A stretch of DNA of 64,000 nt from an uncultured bacterium (GTDB taxonomy: Bacteria > Babelota > Babeliae > Babelales > JABCYS01): positions 128,001 to 192,000 of the forward strand of contig CAVPKK010000007.1 of the NCBI GenBank assembly GCA_963705705.1, written 5' to 3'. Below, in pieces: positions 8,913 through 19,621 of the stretch. The position numbers and the translations under genes were made by a program. The notes under the pieces are model-generated. The model searched no databases. It was not told the origin of the DNA and worked only from the letters and a program-made list of their open reading frames with translations. Positions within the stretch are counted from its first letter, which is position 1, and each line of letters begins with the position of its first letter.

Positions 8913-10865
8913 TTAATCCCACTCTCCAGCTGGTGGTTTAGCCGCCGGCAATTTCTTAGCGATGCAAGAAATATATGCGCCGTCTTTTCCCTCAGTTGGG
9001 TTTTCGCAGAACTGAGCCGCCTCATATTTTTGCCCAATATCGCCAGAAACATTCATAAACCAACCTTGTTTTATTGGTGCACTCACGCCACGTCGGCCCA
9101 TTGAGCCTGGCATAACCACCCAACCCATGGTTTTTGGATTAAAGCGTGGGTCTTCAGGCGGATAGAAGCGCACAAGCTTTGGCGTCCAGCGAACATCTTT
9201 ACCGGTAATATCATTAGCAATACCAAAAATACGTACATAGGTACCAGACTTTGGATAATCGCCATGACCACCACGGGCCACAAAGGTTACAGGATGCGTT
9301 CCCTCATATTGAATATCTGGGTGGTGCGCATCAAGCCATAAGCCTTCCGTAGATCCATGCGCGGCATAGAAGATACGCTTAATGTTCTTTGTATTCTTAT
9401 CAATTTCAATGGTAACGTGCTCGTAGTCTGCCTCATGCGCATTTTGCACATCAAACACATCACCCGTGAATGGGCCAATGTCGTACGGACCATTAAATCC
9501 ATAGAAATAGGTGTAATAGATATAGATATTTCCGTTCTGCTCCGAGGTCGCTACATAGCATGGCGTGGTTAAATTACCTTCGGCATCCTTATTGAGCGCA
9601 GGATTTGAGCCATAATCTGCACAGCGCGGGTTATTAAAATAGACCTCTTCATAGTTAATTGAGCCAGTGACCGGCTGCGCACTCTTATAATCGATGACGC
9701 GATTTAAGAACGCCAGGCGTGCATTTGCTTTAGCGAGCTGTTCATTCGCCAATTTCTTGCCATTTATCTGCTCATCAAGTTTCTTCTTCTCGGCCGTAAA
9801 TGCTGGCAAGCGCGACTGACGGTAGAGTTCAAACACATTGTCGAATGTCACCTTACCTGCTGGAATGACGGTCTTGCCTGAACTGCGGTCAAGGATAGAT
9901 GTTTGCGGCCCTAGGCACCATTCGGTGATCCACATAGGGTAGTACAACTCTTCCTTTTCAATATAGGAAACTGGAGCATACTTTTTGATATAAGGAATAA
10001 GACCTTCAATATCCTCTTTTTGGACGTCAGGATCATCTACGGTTGCCACATCATGCAACGATGCTGGCACATTGGGGCAATATTCCGGCACTAATTTTTT
10101 ACCAAACCAATTTCTAAACGCTTGGGCACTAATTTTGCTAAAGAGCAACACCTCGCCGGCCGCTGGTACAATCCCTTTTTTAACGATTGTACCAACAATG
10201 CCTTTTTTCCAAACGGTACCTTTTAAACCTTCGTTATATAGTTTGTTTGCAACAAAATCCTGACTCGAGGATGCCATTTCTTTGAATACGTTGGCTGCTT
10301 TGTCTGCCGATTCTTTTACCTTGGCGCTTGCATCGGCAAAAGCCTTTTTAAGATCATCTGCTGCATCATTAAAACTGGACTTCATTTTTCCAGCAACTTC
10401 GGTGGCTTTCTTTGCAACCGTTTCAGCCGTCTCGGATACTTTTCTTGTAGCTCTTTTACCTGCCCAACTTGCGGCGTTATAGCCAACCAAGCTGTTACCT
10501 TCTTGGCCTATATAAAACTCATCACCTCTGGTGTTGCCAACATTTACAAAGGGAAGGGCAGAACTGCCTATCTGCTCTTTAAGATCATCTGATTTGAACG
10601 ACAGGTAGAGATTTCGATCGGCGTATTGCACACATTTGCCAACTACTTTTCTTTTGCATTCACGATCCGGACGAATTACTTTTACCGTATCATGCGGTGG
10701 GACATTATAGGCATAACCGAAACGTTTACCGGTACCATCAGGCACAATGTAGATGGCCAGGTATACCTTCTGATCTGTTTCATTGTGTACCGTAATGGTA
10801 TCGGCATGTAGGCTATAGGCCATAGCCAAAATACCTACAATAGTAATACGATTAAATATAGACAT
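8913..10865 (-). CDS. Secreted protein with C-terminal Vps62/NPP1-like domain
   Basis: Signal peptide MSIFNRITIVGILAMAYSLHA; YTYFYGFNG...HEADYEHVTI...IFYAAHG...HPVTFVARGGHGDYP resembles the Vps62 family pattern; start moved to 10865 (GGAGAG SD). Confidence 0.65.
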   Translation of the reverse strand: MSIFNRITIVGILAMAYSLHADTITVHNETDQKVYLAIYIVPDGTGKRFGYAYNVPPHDTVKVIRPDRECKRKVVGKCVQYADRNLYLSFKSDDLKEQIGSSALPFVNVGNTRGDEFYIGQEGNSLVGYNAASWAGKRATRKVSETAETVAKKATEVAGKMKSSFNDAADDLKKAFADASAKVKESADKAANVFKEMASSSQDFVANKLYNEGLKGTVWKKGIVGTIVKKGIVPAAGEVLLFSKISAQAFRNWFGKKLVPEYCPNVPASLHDVATVDDPDVQKEDIEGLIPYIKKYAPVSYIEKEELYYPMWITEWCLGPQTSILDRSSGKTVIPAGKVTFDNVFELYRQSRLPAFTAEKKKLDEQINGKKLANEQLAKANARLAFLNRVIDYKSAQPVTGSINYEEVYFNNPRCADYGSNPALNKDAEGNLTTPCYVATSEQNGNIYIYYTYFYGFNGPYDIGPFTGDVFDVQNAHEADYEHVTIEIDKNTKNIKRIFYAAHGSTEGLWLDAHHPDIQYEGTHPVTFVARGGHGDYPKSGTYVRIFGIANDITGKDVRWTPKLVRFYPPEDPRFNPKTMGWVVMPGSMGRRGVSAPIKQGWFMNVSGDIGQKYEAAQFCENPTEGKDGAYISCIAKKLPAAKPPAGEWD

Positions 10866-11007
10866 ATCTCTCCAGCTGCTGTGCAATCTGTATGACAACA
10901 GATCTTTTATTTATTCTTCCTTTTTCAAGGCGTCATGTTAAGGGTATAACAAAAGCTAAAGCAGAAAAGCAAGATATATTTATTTTATTGCGCCCTGTCG
11001 ACAAAAA

Positions 11008-11826
11008 TCAGGTAAGCAACCGAGAAGCAATGAGTCTATTATGCAACATTGGATTTGCGACAACCATGGTATTGTAGGTTGGCGTAATAAGTGAGCCATC
11101 AAATTCCGTTGCAATGCCGCCCGCCTCGGTGACCAGTAAACAGCCGGCTGCAATATCCCACCAGTAGAGTTGCTCAAGAACAAGACCATCATATCTGCCG
11201 CATGCGACATAGGCTAAATCCAAGGCTGCCGCGCCAAATAATCTTAAGGAAGAAGCAGTTTGGCTGAGATCAGTGATGGTGCGCTCAAAAAAGCGGCGGG
11301 ATTCCGGATTCTTTTTGTAGGGAATACAAAAGACCATGAAGCTTTCTTCAATCGTTTTTGTTGCTGAAACCGAAACCTTCTGGCCATTCAAGAATGTGCC
11401 CTTGCCAAGCTCGGCCACAAATAACTCATCAAGCAATGGCTGATAGACCCAAGCCATGATCGGCTTATTCTGATCAACTAATGCAACGGAAATACAAAAG
11501 TGCGGAAGCCCATATGTAAAATTGGTTGTACCATCCAAGGGATCTATTACAAATCGATGATCGGTCGGCCCCCGCTGACCAGATTCCATTCGATCAGCAT
11601 GCATGTGCTCTTCAGCAACGAACCCAATGTTTGACACTAGCCTACTCAGCGCTTCAATCAAAAATTTCTCACTTGCAATATCGGCTTCTGTTACAAACCC
11701 TGCCTCTTTTTTGGCTATGTGTTTGAGTGGTTTAAAACGATAGCTTAAAACCACTCGCCCTGCTTGGCGCATAATGGTGGGCACAGAATCGCGCAGAAGC
11801 TGAATTTGTTCAGACGTTAATATCAC
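11008..11826 (-). CDS. suhB: Inositol monophosphatase family protein
   Basis: VTEADIASE, AEE, IDPLDGTTNF, LRLFGAAALDLAYVACG, WDIAAG; probable GTG start at 11826 after AAGGAG. Confidence 0.9.
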   Translation of the reverse strand: MILTSEQIQLLRDSVPTIMRQAGRVVLSYRFKPLKHIAKKEAGFVTEADIASEKFLIEALSRLVSNIGFVAEEHMHADRMESGQRGPTDHRFVIDPLDGTTNFTYGLPHFCISVALVDQNKPIMAWVYQPLLDELFVAELGKGTFLNGQKVSVSATKTIEESFMVFCIPYKKNPESRRFFERTITDLSQTASSLRLFGAAALDLAYVACGRYDGLVLEQLYWWDIAAGCLLVTEAGGIATEFDGSLITPTYNTMVVANPMLHNRLIASRLLT

Positions 11827-12024
11827 CAAAAAGCTCCTTAATATTTGATCATGACTGCCGCCATCATACATTAACATCATAAGCTGGTCAGGAAATATTC
11901 AATATTTTATACCTAAATATAGACGAACTTCGCATAAACGGGTTATGTTTCCAACGAGACTAGGATTTGGTAATGTATACATCCCCCTACAAGGATAAAG
12001 CCACGTAATTTTTGGATTGAATAT

Positions 12025-13461
12025 ATGGCTATGATTTACACACTATTAATTGCCTCTGCACTTCTCATTTCAAATAACGCACTGTTTGCACAAACTGCAG
12101 CTCCTGAAGCTGGAGAGGTTCATGCCTCTGCGGAAGCGAAAAAAAAACGCAAAGTTGTTACGATCGCAACGAAGCTCGGCCATGCTCATGATTTAAGGGT
12201 GAGGCCCCAACCATTGCCCAGCGGAAAAGAATGGGTTGATTGGATATCTTCACTGCCCGACGATGAGAACATACTGAATCAAATAGCCATTGCCGCCAAA
12301 AAAAGTAAGCGGCCGTTTAGTGAATTACGTGAAAATGGCGATCTATATTTTACTGAAATTCATACCGATAAACGTTTTTTTGACAAAACTAATAGCTCAC
12401 TAGGAGCCCAATCTCGTACCTTAACCACACTATCTGAGATTAGGCGCTACCCATTACGATTATCACGAAGTGGGAGCTCGTTGAATATCGGATTGCTAAA
12501 CGAAACTACCGTGGGCCAAACAGCAGAACAAATACAGGATTCTATCACCAGGCAGGCATGTAAATTCCGCCCCTATGCAATAGCTCTGGTATTAGGGAAT
12601 TGCCTATGGCCCAAAGAGGACGAACGACATTGCGATGCACCATTATCAACAACGCGATTAGCGAAACTCTGGGCAATGAATCAACGCGAAGCATTTGAAC
12701 TACTGCTCGAAAAAGCCCGCTTTATAGAAAAGGCCTATGAGATTTATGTAGCGGTTAAAGAACAAGATATTGCTCTGCCTACAATTTCGGCCGAACAAAT
12801 ATTTTCTCTCAGATCAGAATTTTTTAATCTGCAGGTTACAGATATCAAATCCGTGGAATCACTCGGCAACGAATGCGCTTTCGATGATGTGATTCTCAGG
12901 ACCATTAAATCGCATATACATTGCCTGCGAAATGCACGAGATAATAAAAATGATAACGTTATTCGGTGTCACCAGCTCGCCGCTGCGCGGAAAGAGTTTA
13001 TGCAATTCTTGGAACAGAGAACACAAGAATTACAGGCCAATAAGAATCAACTAACCCGCTTAAAAAATCAGGCAAAAGATTGGATTGAATCGATAAAATT
13101 CGAGACATCTGAGAATTCCAAAGATGCAGAATTGGCCACGAAGAAAGCAGAAGTTCGTATGCTCACCCAGATGCTGAAGTATTTGGCCTTGCGGCGGTCA
13201 GAGTATTTGCAAGAAATGAGTAGGTTAGAGATTTCAGATATTCCCTCACCATCGCCTTCACCTTTCAGCGATTTTTCTCCTGCAATATCTACACAAACCG
13301 ATTTAACACCTACTCTTCCTGAAGCCCCTTCATTTGAGCCCCGGGCAAGTGTTAAAGTCAGTCATGAAAACGAGCCAGCCAATTCAAAAAAAAAGAATGA
13401 CCCTTCATCTAGGATAACAACCGGAAACATTAAGCGGAGTGCTTCAAGCCCGGTCCGTTAA
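12025..13461 (+). CDS. Secreted hypothetical protein with coiled coil and S/P-rich tail
   Basis: 478-aa ORF, signal peptide LLIASALLISNNALFA, heptad-rich middle, low-complexity C-terminus. Confidence 0.6.
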   Translation: MAMIYTLLIASALLISNNALFAQTAAPEAGEVHASAEAKKKRKVVTIATKLGHAHDLRVRPQPLPSGKEWVDWISSLPDDENILNQIAIAAKKSKRPFSELRENGDLYFTEIHTDKRFFDKTNSSLGAQSRTLTTLSEIRRYPLRLSRSGSSLNIGLLNETTVGQTAEQIQDSITRQACKFRPYAIALVLGNCLWPKEDERHCDAPLSTTRLAKLWAMNQREAFELLLEKARFIEKAYEIYVAVKEQDIALPTISAEQIFSLRSEFFNLQVTDIKSVESLGNECAFDDVILRTIKSHIHCLRNARDNKNDNVIRCHQLAAARKEFMQFLEQRTQELQANKNQLTRLKNQAKDWIESIKFETSENSKDAELATKKAEVRMLTQMLKYLALRRSEYLQEMSRLEISDIPSPSPSPFSDFSPAISTQTDLTPTLPEAPSFEPRASVKVSHENEPANSKKKNDPSSRITTGNIKRSASSPVR

Positions 13462-14700
13462 CTGACGCTTTTTCAACATGACCAATTTAAGATGTTGGCC
13501 CAATAGTGGTTGATCATCATCGCCGTTTTCATTGGGCTGAACAGCCACAGGCGCTGGTTGCAAATCCAAAATATATTGAGCGGTATCGGCAGGTAGAGGT
13601 TCAGCTGCCAAATAACCAAGAACAATTGATAAAGAATCAGGCAATGCACGATCAAGCGGTCTGTACACAAGTTGATAATTACGCACGTAATTCTTCAAAC
13701 GCGCAAGCAAACGCGGGTTTTTTTCAACATGCGAAAGCATACCCATTCCCATTTGAAAAACGATTGAACTAGGATCAGCGGCGGTGGTTAATAGAATTCC
13801 CAGCTTTTCGCCATTGATTGTTTTATGTACCATCTTTTCAAACGTACTTATATCTCGGCATGCAGGTCCAGGCAGCCATTGCCATCTATGTACAGCCGGG
13901 GTTTTTGCCAATTCTTCTGCAATCACCTGCATAATTTCTGGTGTGCCGTTGCATAAGGCTTGTTCAAGTAGATCAAACATGTCTTGGGTAGACGGAAGAG
14001 ATGAATTCTCATCTGGATGCTGTTGAAGATAATGAGCATCAACAGATGGCTGTATTTTCTTTAATGCTTGAATGAGCAAGTGTGCAATAATAGGATAATT
14101 TTCATATCTCCGCAGGACTGGCAAAGCAAAGTATCGGAATAATGGCGCGGCACTTTTGCGACCAGCAGATGATACGCACAGGCTCGAGCAGTCCATTAGT
14201 AAGCGCAGCGTATTTTTGAGAATCCCACATTGATTTTTAAGTTCGTCTATGGGCTTACCTTCTATTTGTGTCATCGGAACAAGTAACAACTCAACCATTT
14301 CGATGTCACCGTCGATTACACCCAATGCCAATGGACTCTTATCATAAATTAAATTCTCTATGCCATAACGATATTTATTCATCAGGGCATGAAAAATAAA
14401 AATTTTACCCGGCTTGTCATTGACGCAATTTAGGTATTGCGGACGGTCTTTTGTCAGCATAAATCCAAGAGCACGCGCATTGATTATATGCGCCGGATGA
14501 GCTGGCTTTGGTGCCGGTTTAGCTTTTTCTTGCTCCTTATGCTCTAATTTCTCGTCATCATCTCCGCCAGCATATGCCGCGTAACAGTAACTGCTAAAAC
14601 CTGTTAATGACGAACTTGCCGCCAGGGGGTGATGATTATTGGCAATTATAAAGCCGACTGACAGTGTTAATAGCAATGTAAGTGATACATATTTCAACAT
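13444..14700 (-). CDS. Family A secreted ankyrin-like paralog A7
   Basis: Signal peptide; shared motifs INARAL, SPLALG..GD.EMVELLL, YENYP, GTPEIMQ, GEKLGILL, LLARLK.YVR, LPDSLSIVLGY; start 14700 or 14712. Confidence 0.75.
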   Translation of the reverse strand: MLKYVSLTLLLTLSVGFIIANNHHPLAASSSLTGFSSYCYAAYAGGDDDEKLEHKEQEKAKPAPKPAHPAHIINARALGFMLTKDRPQYLNCVNDKPGKIFIFHALMNKYRYGIENLIYDKSPLALGVIDGDIEMVELLLVPMTQIEGKPIDELKNQCGILKNTLRLLMDCSSLCVSSAGRKSAAPLFRYFALPVLRRYENYPIIAHLLIQALKKIQPSVDAHYLQQHPDENSSLPSTQDMFDLLEQALCNGTPEIMQVIAEELAKTPAVHRWQWLPGPACRDISTFEKMVHKTINGEKLGILLTTAADPSSIVFQMGMGMLSHVEKNPRLLARLKNYVRNYQLVYRPLDRALPDSLSIVLGYLAAEPLPADTAQYILDLQPAPVAVQPNENGDDDQPLLGQHLKLVMLKKRQLTDRA

Positions 14701-14719
14701 TTTTAATTCCATTTAAATC

Positions 14720-16465
14720 TTACTGATTATTTCGTTCCATATTTTGCAGATGCTGCAACAATCCTTGCTCGGCAGGTTCCGCCTCTGGCGCTGGTTCCAA
14801 CTGTCCCAGCAGTCGTTCTCGTTCCAAAAGACCAAGGCGCTGAACTAATTGATGTTCTGTTTCATTTCTATCCTCAGTCAATGGTTCCATTGCCAAAATA
14901 TGTCGTGCTATATCGACAGGTATTTGAGCTTCCTCATACCGTGAAATGAGATCTGATATAACTGGCAGATGGTGCTGACTAAGGAGGTTAAGCCGTGGCT
15001 GGTTGTTCGCTTGTTGAGCTCGTACATACGCCTTGAGCCGTGCAAGCAAGGTTGGATTTCGTTGAATGTGATTAAGCAACTCTCTGTTCATCCGATATCC
15101 CATCGAACCAGGATCAGATACATTTGAGAAGGTTGCCAGAAGAAAGCCAATTCTTTCGCCTGAAATGAATTGGCGGGCCATGGCCTCAGATAAACCACTG
15201 ACTTGAGGTAACCGCGCAAACAGCCCTGGAGACCCAACCCTCGCCGCTAAGCCTTCAGCCTGAACCATCCTGGTCGCAAAAGCTTCGGTCCAAAGATTAG
15301 ACAACTCGGGCGCCCCGTAGAGAGAAAAAGGCAATCCAGCACTAAAGGATGGTAGTTTTAGAAAGGGTCTATTATTTTGAATATGATCTTCGTCTAGAAC
15401 AGGCAAAATCTTGTTTTGAGCTGCCAAAAGCATTCTAAGTATGTCAGGATAATTTTCCTGGCTTGGTTTCTCTGGAAAACCTATGTGCGCAAACAGTTCA
15501 TCAGCAAAGCTTGTATCAACAACATGGCTACTAACAAAAATCCGATCTATTGCATCCCCAATAATAGATTTAGCATTTTTATATGCTTCAATATCATTGC
15601 GATCCAGTCTGGAAGTCATTGCATCCAATAATAGTTCGACAACATCAGCATGTCCGCCAACGGCCGCTAATGATAAAGCGGTTTGCCTTACCAAACTCAA
15701 TAAATTGCTCAGTTCATAGTTTGTGACAGCATCACGCAACAGAATTTGTTTTTCAGCTAGGTAAGGTCGTCTAAATTCTTTTGCACGAACCCTCTCAAAT
15801 AGCTGGCATATCGCCCGTGCATTAATTGTTGCTTCAGGATTTATCATGCCTGGCAGCAACCTATTGCAGAATTCAAGGCGGCCGCCATCTTCTGCTGCAA
15901 GAGATTGTCGAGCTAATTGCACATCTCCTGCCGCGGCCGCCCGCATTAATGGAGTCTCAAGAAAAGCATTCGGGCCTTGCTCAGGCTGCTTGCTTTCTTG
16001 ATCCGGCATTTGCCTTTGTTCCGGCCCATTTTGAACTTGAGGTCCAACGCCTATGGCATATGATCGAGATGCTGGTGAGCTGCTATTGCTTAGACTAGAT
16101 GAAGGCTTTCGAGCTGGTTCCTGCTTCTTTTCCTCTTCCCGATCGCCCTGAGGATTCGACAGGCTCATTGGTAAACGTCCTTCGATATTTGACGTCGAAT
16201 CGTTTACTCCTGAGTAGCCGATAGGCGTATCGAAGGATCGAAGGGGCTGCTCATTTTTTTCCGCCTTGAGCGTCGCGATCTCACGCAATAACTCTTGCTC
16301 TCGTGTTTCACGCTGCCGTTGCTCAGCTTGCATGGCCATCATTTGTTGCTGCATTGCCAACATCTGTTGTTGCATTGCGGCCAACAAATCAGGTGTAGGA
16401 TTATTATTAGTTGCTAGCGCACATACTGGCGCCAGTAATAAGGTGAATATTAATTTTTTCAACAT
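14720..16465 (-). CDS. Family A secreted ankyrin-like paralog A6
   Basis: Signal peptide, NNNPTPDLLAAMQQQM, SYAIG, TPLMRAAAAG, ALSLAAVGGH, GERIGFLL, LPVISDLISRY; start 16465 or 16477. Confidence 0.8.
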   Translation of the reverse strand: MLKKLIFTLLLAPVCALATNNNPTPDLLAAMQQQMLAMQQQMMAMQAEQRQRETREQELLREIATLKAEKNEQPLRSFDTPIGYSGVNDSTSNIEGRLPMSLSNPQGDREEEKKQEPARKPSSSLSNSSSPASRSYAIGVGPQVQNGPEQRQMPDQESKQPEQGPNAFLETPLMRAAAAGDVQLARQSLAAEDGGRLEFCNRLLPGMINPEATINARAICQLFERVRAKEFRRPYLAEKQILLRDAVTNYELSNLLSLVRQTALSLAAVGGHADVVELLLDAMTSRLDRNDIEAYKNAKSIIGDAIDRIFVSSHVVDTSFADELFAHIGFPEKPSQENYPDILRMLLAAQNKILPVLDEDHIQNNRPFLKLPSFSAGLPFSLYGAPELSNLWTEAFATRMVQAEGLAARVGSPGLFARLPQVSGLSEAMARQFISGERIGFLLATFSNVSDPGSMGYRMNRELLNHIQRNPTLLARLKAYVRAQQANNQPRLNLLSQHHLPVISDLISRYEEAQIPVDIARHILAMEPLTEDRNETEHQLVQRLGLLERERLLGQLEPAPEAEPAEQGLLQHLQNMERNNQ

Positions 16466-16487
16466 TTTTAATTCCATTTAAATCTTA

Positions 16488-18266
16488 CTAATTGTTTTGT
16501 TCCATATTTTGCAGATGCTGCAACAAACCTTGCTCGGCAGGTTCCGCCTCTGGTGCTATCTCGGCATTATTGAGGCGTTGGTGAAGCTCTTGCCCAATGA
16601 AATTCCGATCTTCAGTCAATGGTTCCATCGCCAAGATCTGACGTGCAAGATCAGCGGGTATTGTTGGTTCTGCATAACAAGAAACGATATTTGATAAATC
16701 TGATATTCCGCTCATGTGTTCATTCAGTTGATTAGCAACTAACTGGCTGGTTGCCTGCTGCGTGCGTACATATGCTTTGAGCCGGGCAAGCAATTTTGGG
16801 TTTCGGGTCGCATATGCGAGCATTCCCCTGCTTAATTGATATACAGTGGAATCAGGAGAAGAATTCATGGAAAGCAACTTTCCAAGTTTTTCGCCGTTAT
16901 TGAACACACGGCCCATGCCTTCAAAGATGGCTTGTGACCCCGGCGGTGTTGGAACAATAAATCGTTTATTTGCATAAAATTCAGCCATAATTTGCAAACC
17001 TTCGGAAGAAGCAAGTAACATTCCACTCATAAACGGATTCCGAATGTTATCTATTCTGGCGTATGTAGACTCAAATGGCTCTAGTGCTTTCATATAAGCA
17101 ACAAATAGCTGTTTGAGGATCGCAGGATAATTTTCATACTTCGGTACAAATGGCAAACCTAAATTCTTTAAAAGTAATTCGCCAGCTTTTTTTACGACAA
17201 CCGGTGCCTTACCTATATTATGACTTTGATTCAACGCAGTGAATGCATTTAATATAATGTGGCAGATTTGATCAATAGATTCTTCATTCTTATCCATTAA
17301 TCCTTCTAATAACGTATTTAATAATGTCTCGACCACATTCTCATGGCCAGCTAGCGCAGCCAAAGATAATGCAGTTTGGTTCAACACAAACGCTTCGCAT
17401 GAATAAGCGTGCGGAGTTTCAACAAGGAACGGCAAGAGTAAATGAGCATCTGACGATTCCCAAGTACGGGGAATACAATCTGCGTTCGCATCCTTGGTTA
17501 TATATGAAGCAAGTGCGCGCGCATTGATAGCAGCATTGTGGTTCACAACAGTTGAAAACAAAGATTTGGTGACTTCCACACCTTTCGGATCATGTGCAAC
17601 TAAAAATTTAACTAAGCCATTCGCGCCCAATACCGCAGCTCGCATGAGTGTATGTTTTAAGAATGTTGCTACGCAATCTTGTTTTTGCCAAAATGCTGGC
17701 AATGTTTTTTCGATTGCAAGAAATTCTTCTGCAGCTTCAGGTGGCATGCCTGGTAATCCCGCCAATGCTGTAATGTCATATGCAGGTGAGTCATTATAAT
17801 TTTCTATGCTAAGCAATAGGGCACTCTTTTTTTCAACTTCAGGCCGTTTTTCTTCCTTTGGCTCAATCGTTACTTGTTTAGCCGGTTCACTTGGTTGGTT
17901 TACAACCGGAGCGCCGATTGCATAACTTTCCGAACGCCCCTCGATACTTTTTTGCTCTGCAAAAACACTCGGGGTGAGCGGGGCTGAGGAAGTCGACTCA
18001 ACGCGCAATGGGCCTGCTTTCTTTTCTTCATGTTCATCTCTTGATGGCTGACGTGCTGTACGCAATGTAACAATTTCGGTCTGCAATTCTTCCCGTTGTT
18101 TGCGTTCGGCCGCCAATTGACCTTGCATCGCCATCATCTGGCGTTGCATTTCCATCATCTGTTGTTGCATGGCTGCTAACAAATCAGGCGTTGGCGGATT
18201 GTTATTTGCTAGTACGCACACGGGCATAAGCAATAAAGTAAGGAATAAGTGTTTAATTAATTTCAT
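16488..18266 (-). CDS. Family A secreted ankyrin-like paralog A5
   Basis: MKLIKHLFLTLLL signal peptide, TPDLLAAMQQQM, SYAIG, TLMRAA, ALSLAALAGH, GEKLGKLL; start moved to 18266 (GGGGAA SD). Confidence 0.8.
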   Translation of the reverse strand: MKLIKHLFLTLLLMPVCVLANNNPPTPDLLAAMQQQMMEMQRQMMAMQGQLAAERKQREELQTEIVTLRTARQPSRDEHEEKKAGPLRVESTSSAPLTPSVFAEQKSIEGRSESYAIGAPVVNQPSEPAKQVTIEPKEEKRPEVEKKSALLLSIENYNDSPAYDITALAGLPGMPPEAAEEFLAIEKTLPAFWQKQDCVATFLKHTLMRAAVLGANGLVKFLVAHDPKGVEVTKSLFSTVVNHNAAINARALASYITKDANADCIPRTWESSDAHLLLPFLVETPHAYSCEAFVLNQTALSLAALAGHENVVETLLNTLLEGLMDKNEESIDQICHIILNAFTALNQSHNIGKAPVVVKKAGELLLKNLGLPFVPKYENYPAILKQLFVAYMKALEPFESTYARIDNIRNPFMSGMLLASSEGLQIMAEFYANKRFIVPTPPGSQAIFEGMGRVFNNGEKLGKLLSMNSSPDSTVYQLSRGMLAYATRNPKLLARLKAYVRTQQATSQLVANQLNEHMSGISDLSNIVSCYAEPTIPADLARQILAMEPLTEDRNFIGQELHQRLNNAEIAPEAEPAEQGLLQHLQNMEQNN

Positions 18267-18282
18267 GTTTTCCCCAGATGAA

Positions 18283-19605
18283 TTATATAACCGAGCGCAA
18301 GCGCTTAATTTCATTTTTGATATCGTTAATTATTGGTTGCGGTATATCGATTTAATCGGAAATTTCCAGAGCAATGGCAATACCCCCTGAGTTTGAGGGG
18401 ACCCATGTTCTTTCGCGGCCGAATACATCTTAAATAAATATTCATATCGAGATGTTTTTTTCAAACCCATCGCTAGTTTTGTGAGATTTATCAAGTTTAT
18501 CGCTCAGCTCTCCAGACTCATCAATTATTTCATGCACCTTCAAAAGCTTAGTTAGAATGGATCGATAATTATTGTATTTTGGCTTTTCTAGGATGCCCAT
18601 AGCTGCAAAGAATTCATCCACTAGTGTTGTTTTAACAATATTGGAAAGTTTGATGAGCGTAACCATCGCATCTTTTACTTGCGCTAAGATCGTTTCAGGC
18701 TCAATACCTTCTTGTTCAGTGCCTGCAAGCATCGCCTTTAATAATACATCGACCGTTTCTTCATGACCGCCAATTGTTGCTAAGGTTAAAGCGCCTATTT
18801 GCCGGGTTAAGAGAGGAAAGTGATGGTGAGAACAAATTGTTTCCTCATTGAGCATTGATCTCAAGGAGCATTCTGGTAGGTGGTTTCTCATAGCTATTAC
18901 GGCTTCAGGTGAATTATGCGGTTCCCTGAGATTATTTATGCAATCCTGTATATCTTTCAATCGGACTCGAGCATCATTTTTCGCCATCCATGGGCAAATA
19001 TTTGTGGTAGCAAGATAGTCTGCATTTTTTTCCAGGCATAATTCAGTGAGCTTTTTACTGCCAGTTGCTGCGGCCTTCATCAATGGGGTCAAGCCCTCAT
19101 CATTACTAATTAGGTCCAGACCAGATGATCGTTGATCACGTGCATTAACATTGGCTTTATGTACATCTAATAGTCGGCGGCATCTGTCTGTATCACCGCA
19201 ATCAATTGATGCAAACAACGCTGCATCGGCATCCGTTTGATCAAGTTCAATTTCCCGTTCTTTCTTCTCTGCTAGTTGAATACCTTTGGATTTCGGAGAT
19301 TGGCTGGCCAGAGGTAAGCCAATGGAAAAACTCTCCGATGGTCGCGGATTGCTGCCTGGTTCTTCGTCTTGCTGATTCTTTTTTTCTTCATCCTCAGATT
19401 GAGCAGACGATTTAGGAATACGCGATGCATGCAGTGCAGCTATTTCCTTCAGTAACGCTTCCTCGCGTTGGCGATGCTCATTTTGCATGACCAACATTTG
19501 TTGCTGCATTGCTGATAACAAATCAGGCGTAGCATTATTATTAGTTGCTAGCGTCCATATGGGCGCAAGCAATAATGTAAGAAATAAGTGTTTAATTAAT
19601 TTCAT
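18283..19605 (-). pseudogene. Family A paralog A4, truncated, with detached C-terminal relic
   Basis: ORF 19605..18442 closely parallels the N-half of 22007..23956 but stops after the KPKYNNY block; 18339..18283 encodes an orphan QPIINDIKNEIKRLRSVI* matching the A3 tail QPIVNDIKKEIERLRSVI*. Confidence 0.6.
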
Positions 19606-19621
19606 GTTTTTCCCAGGTGCT

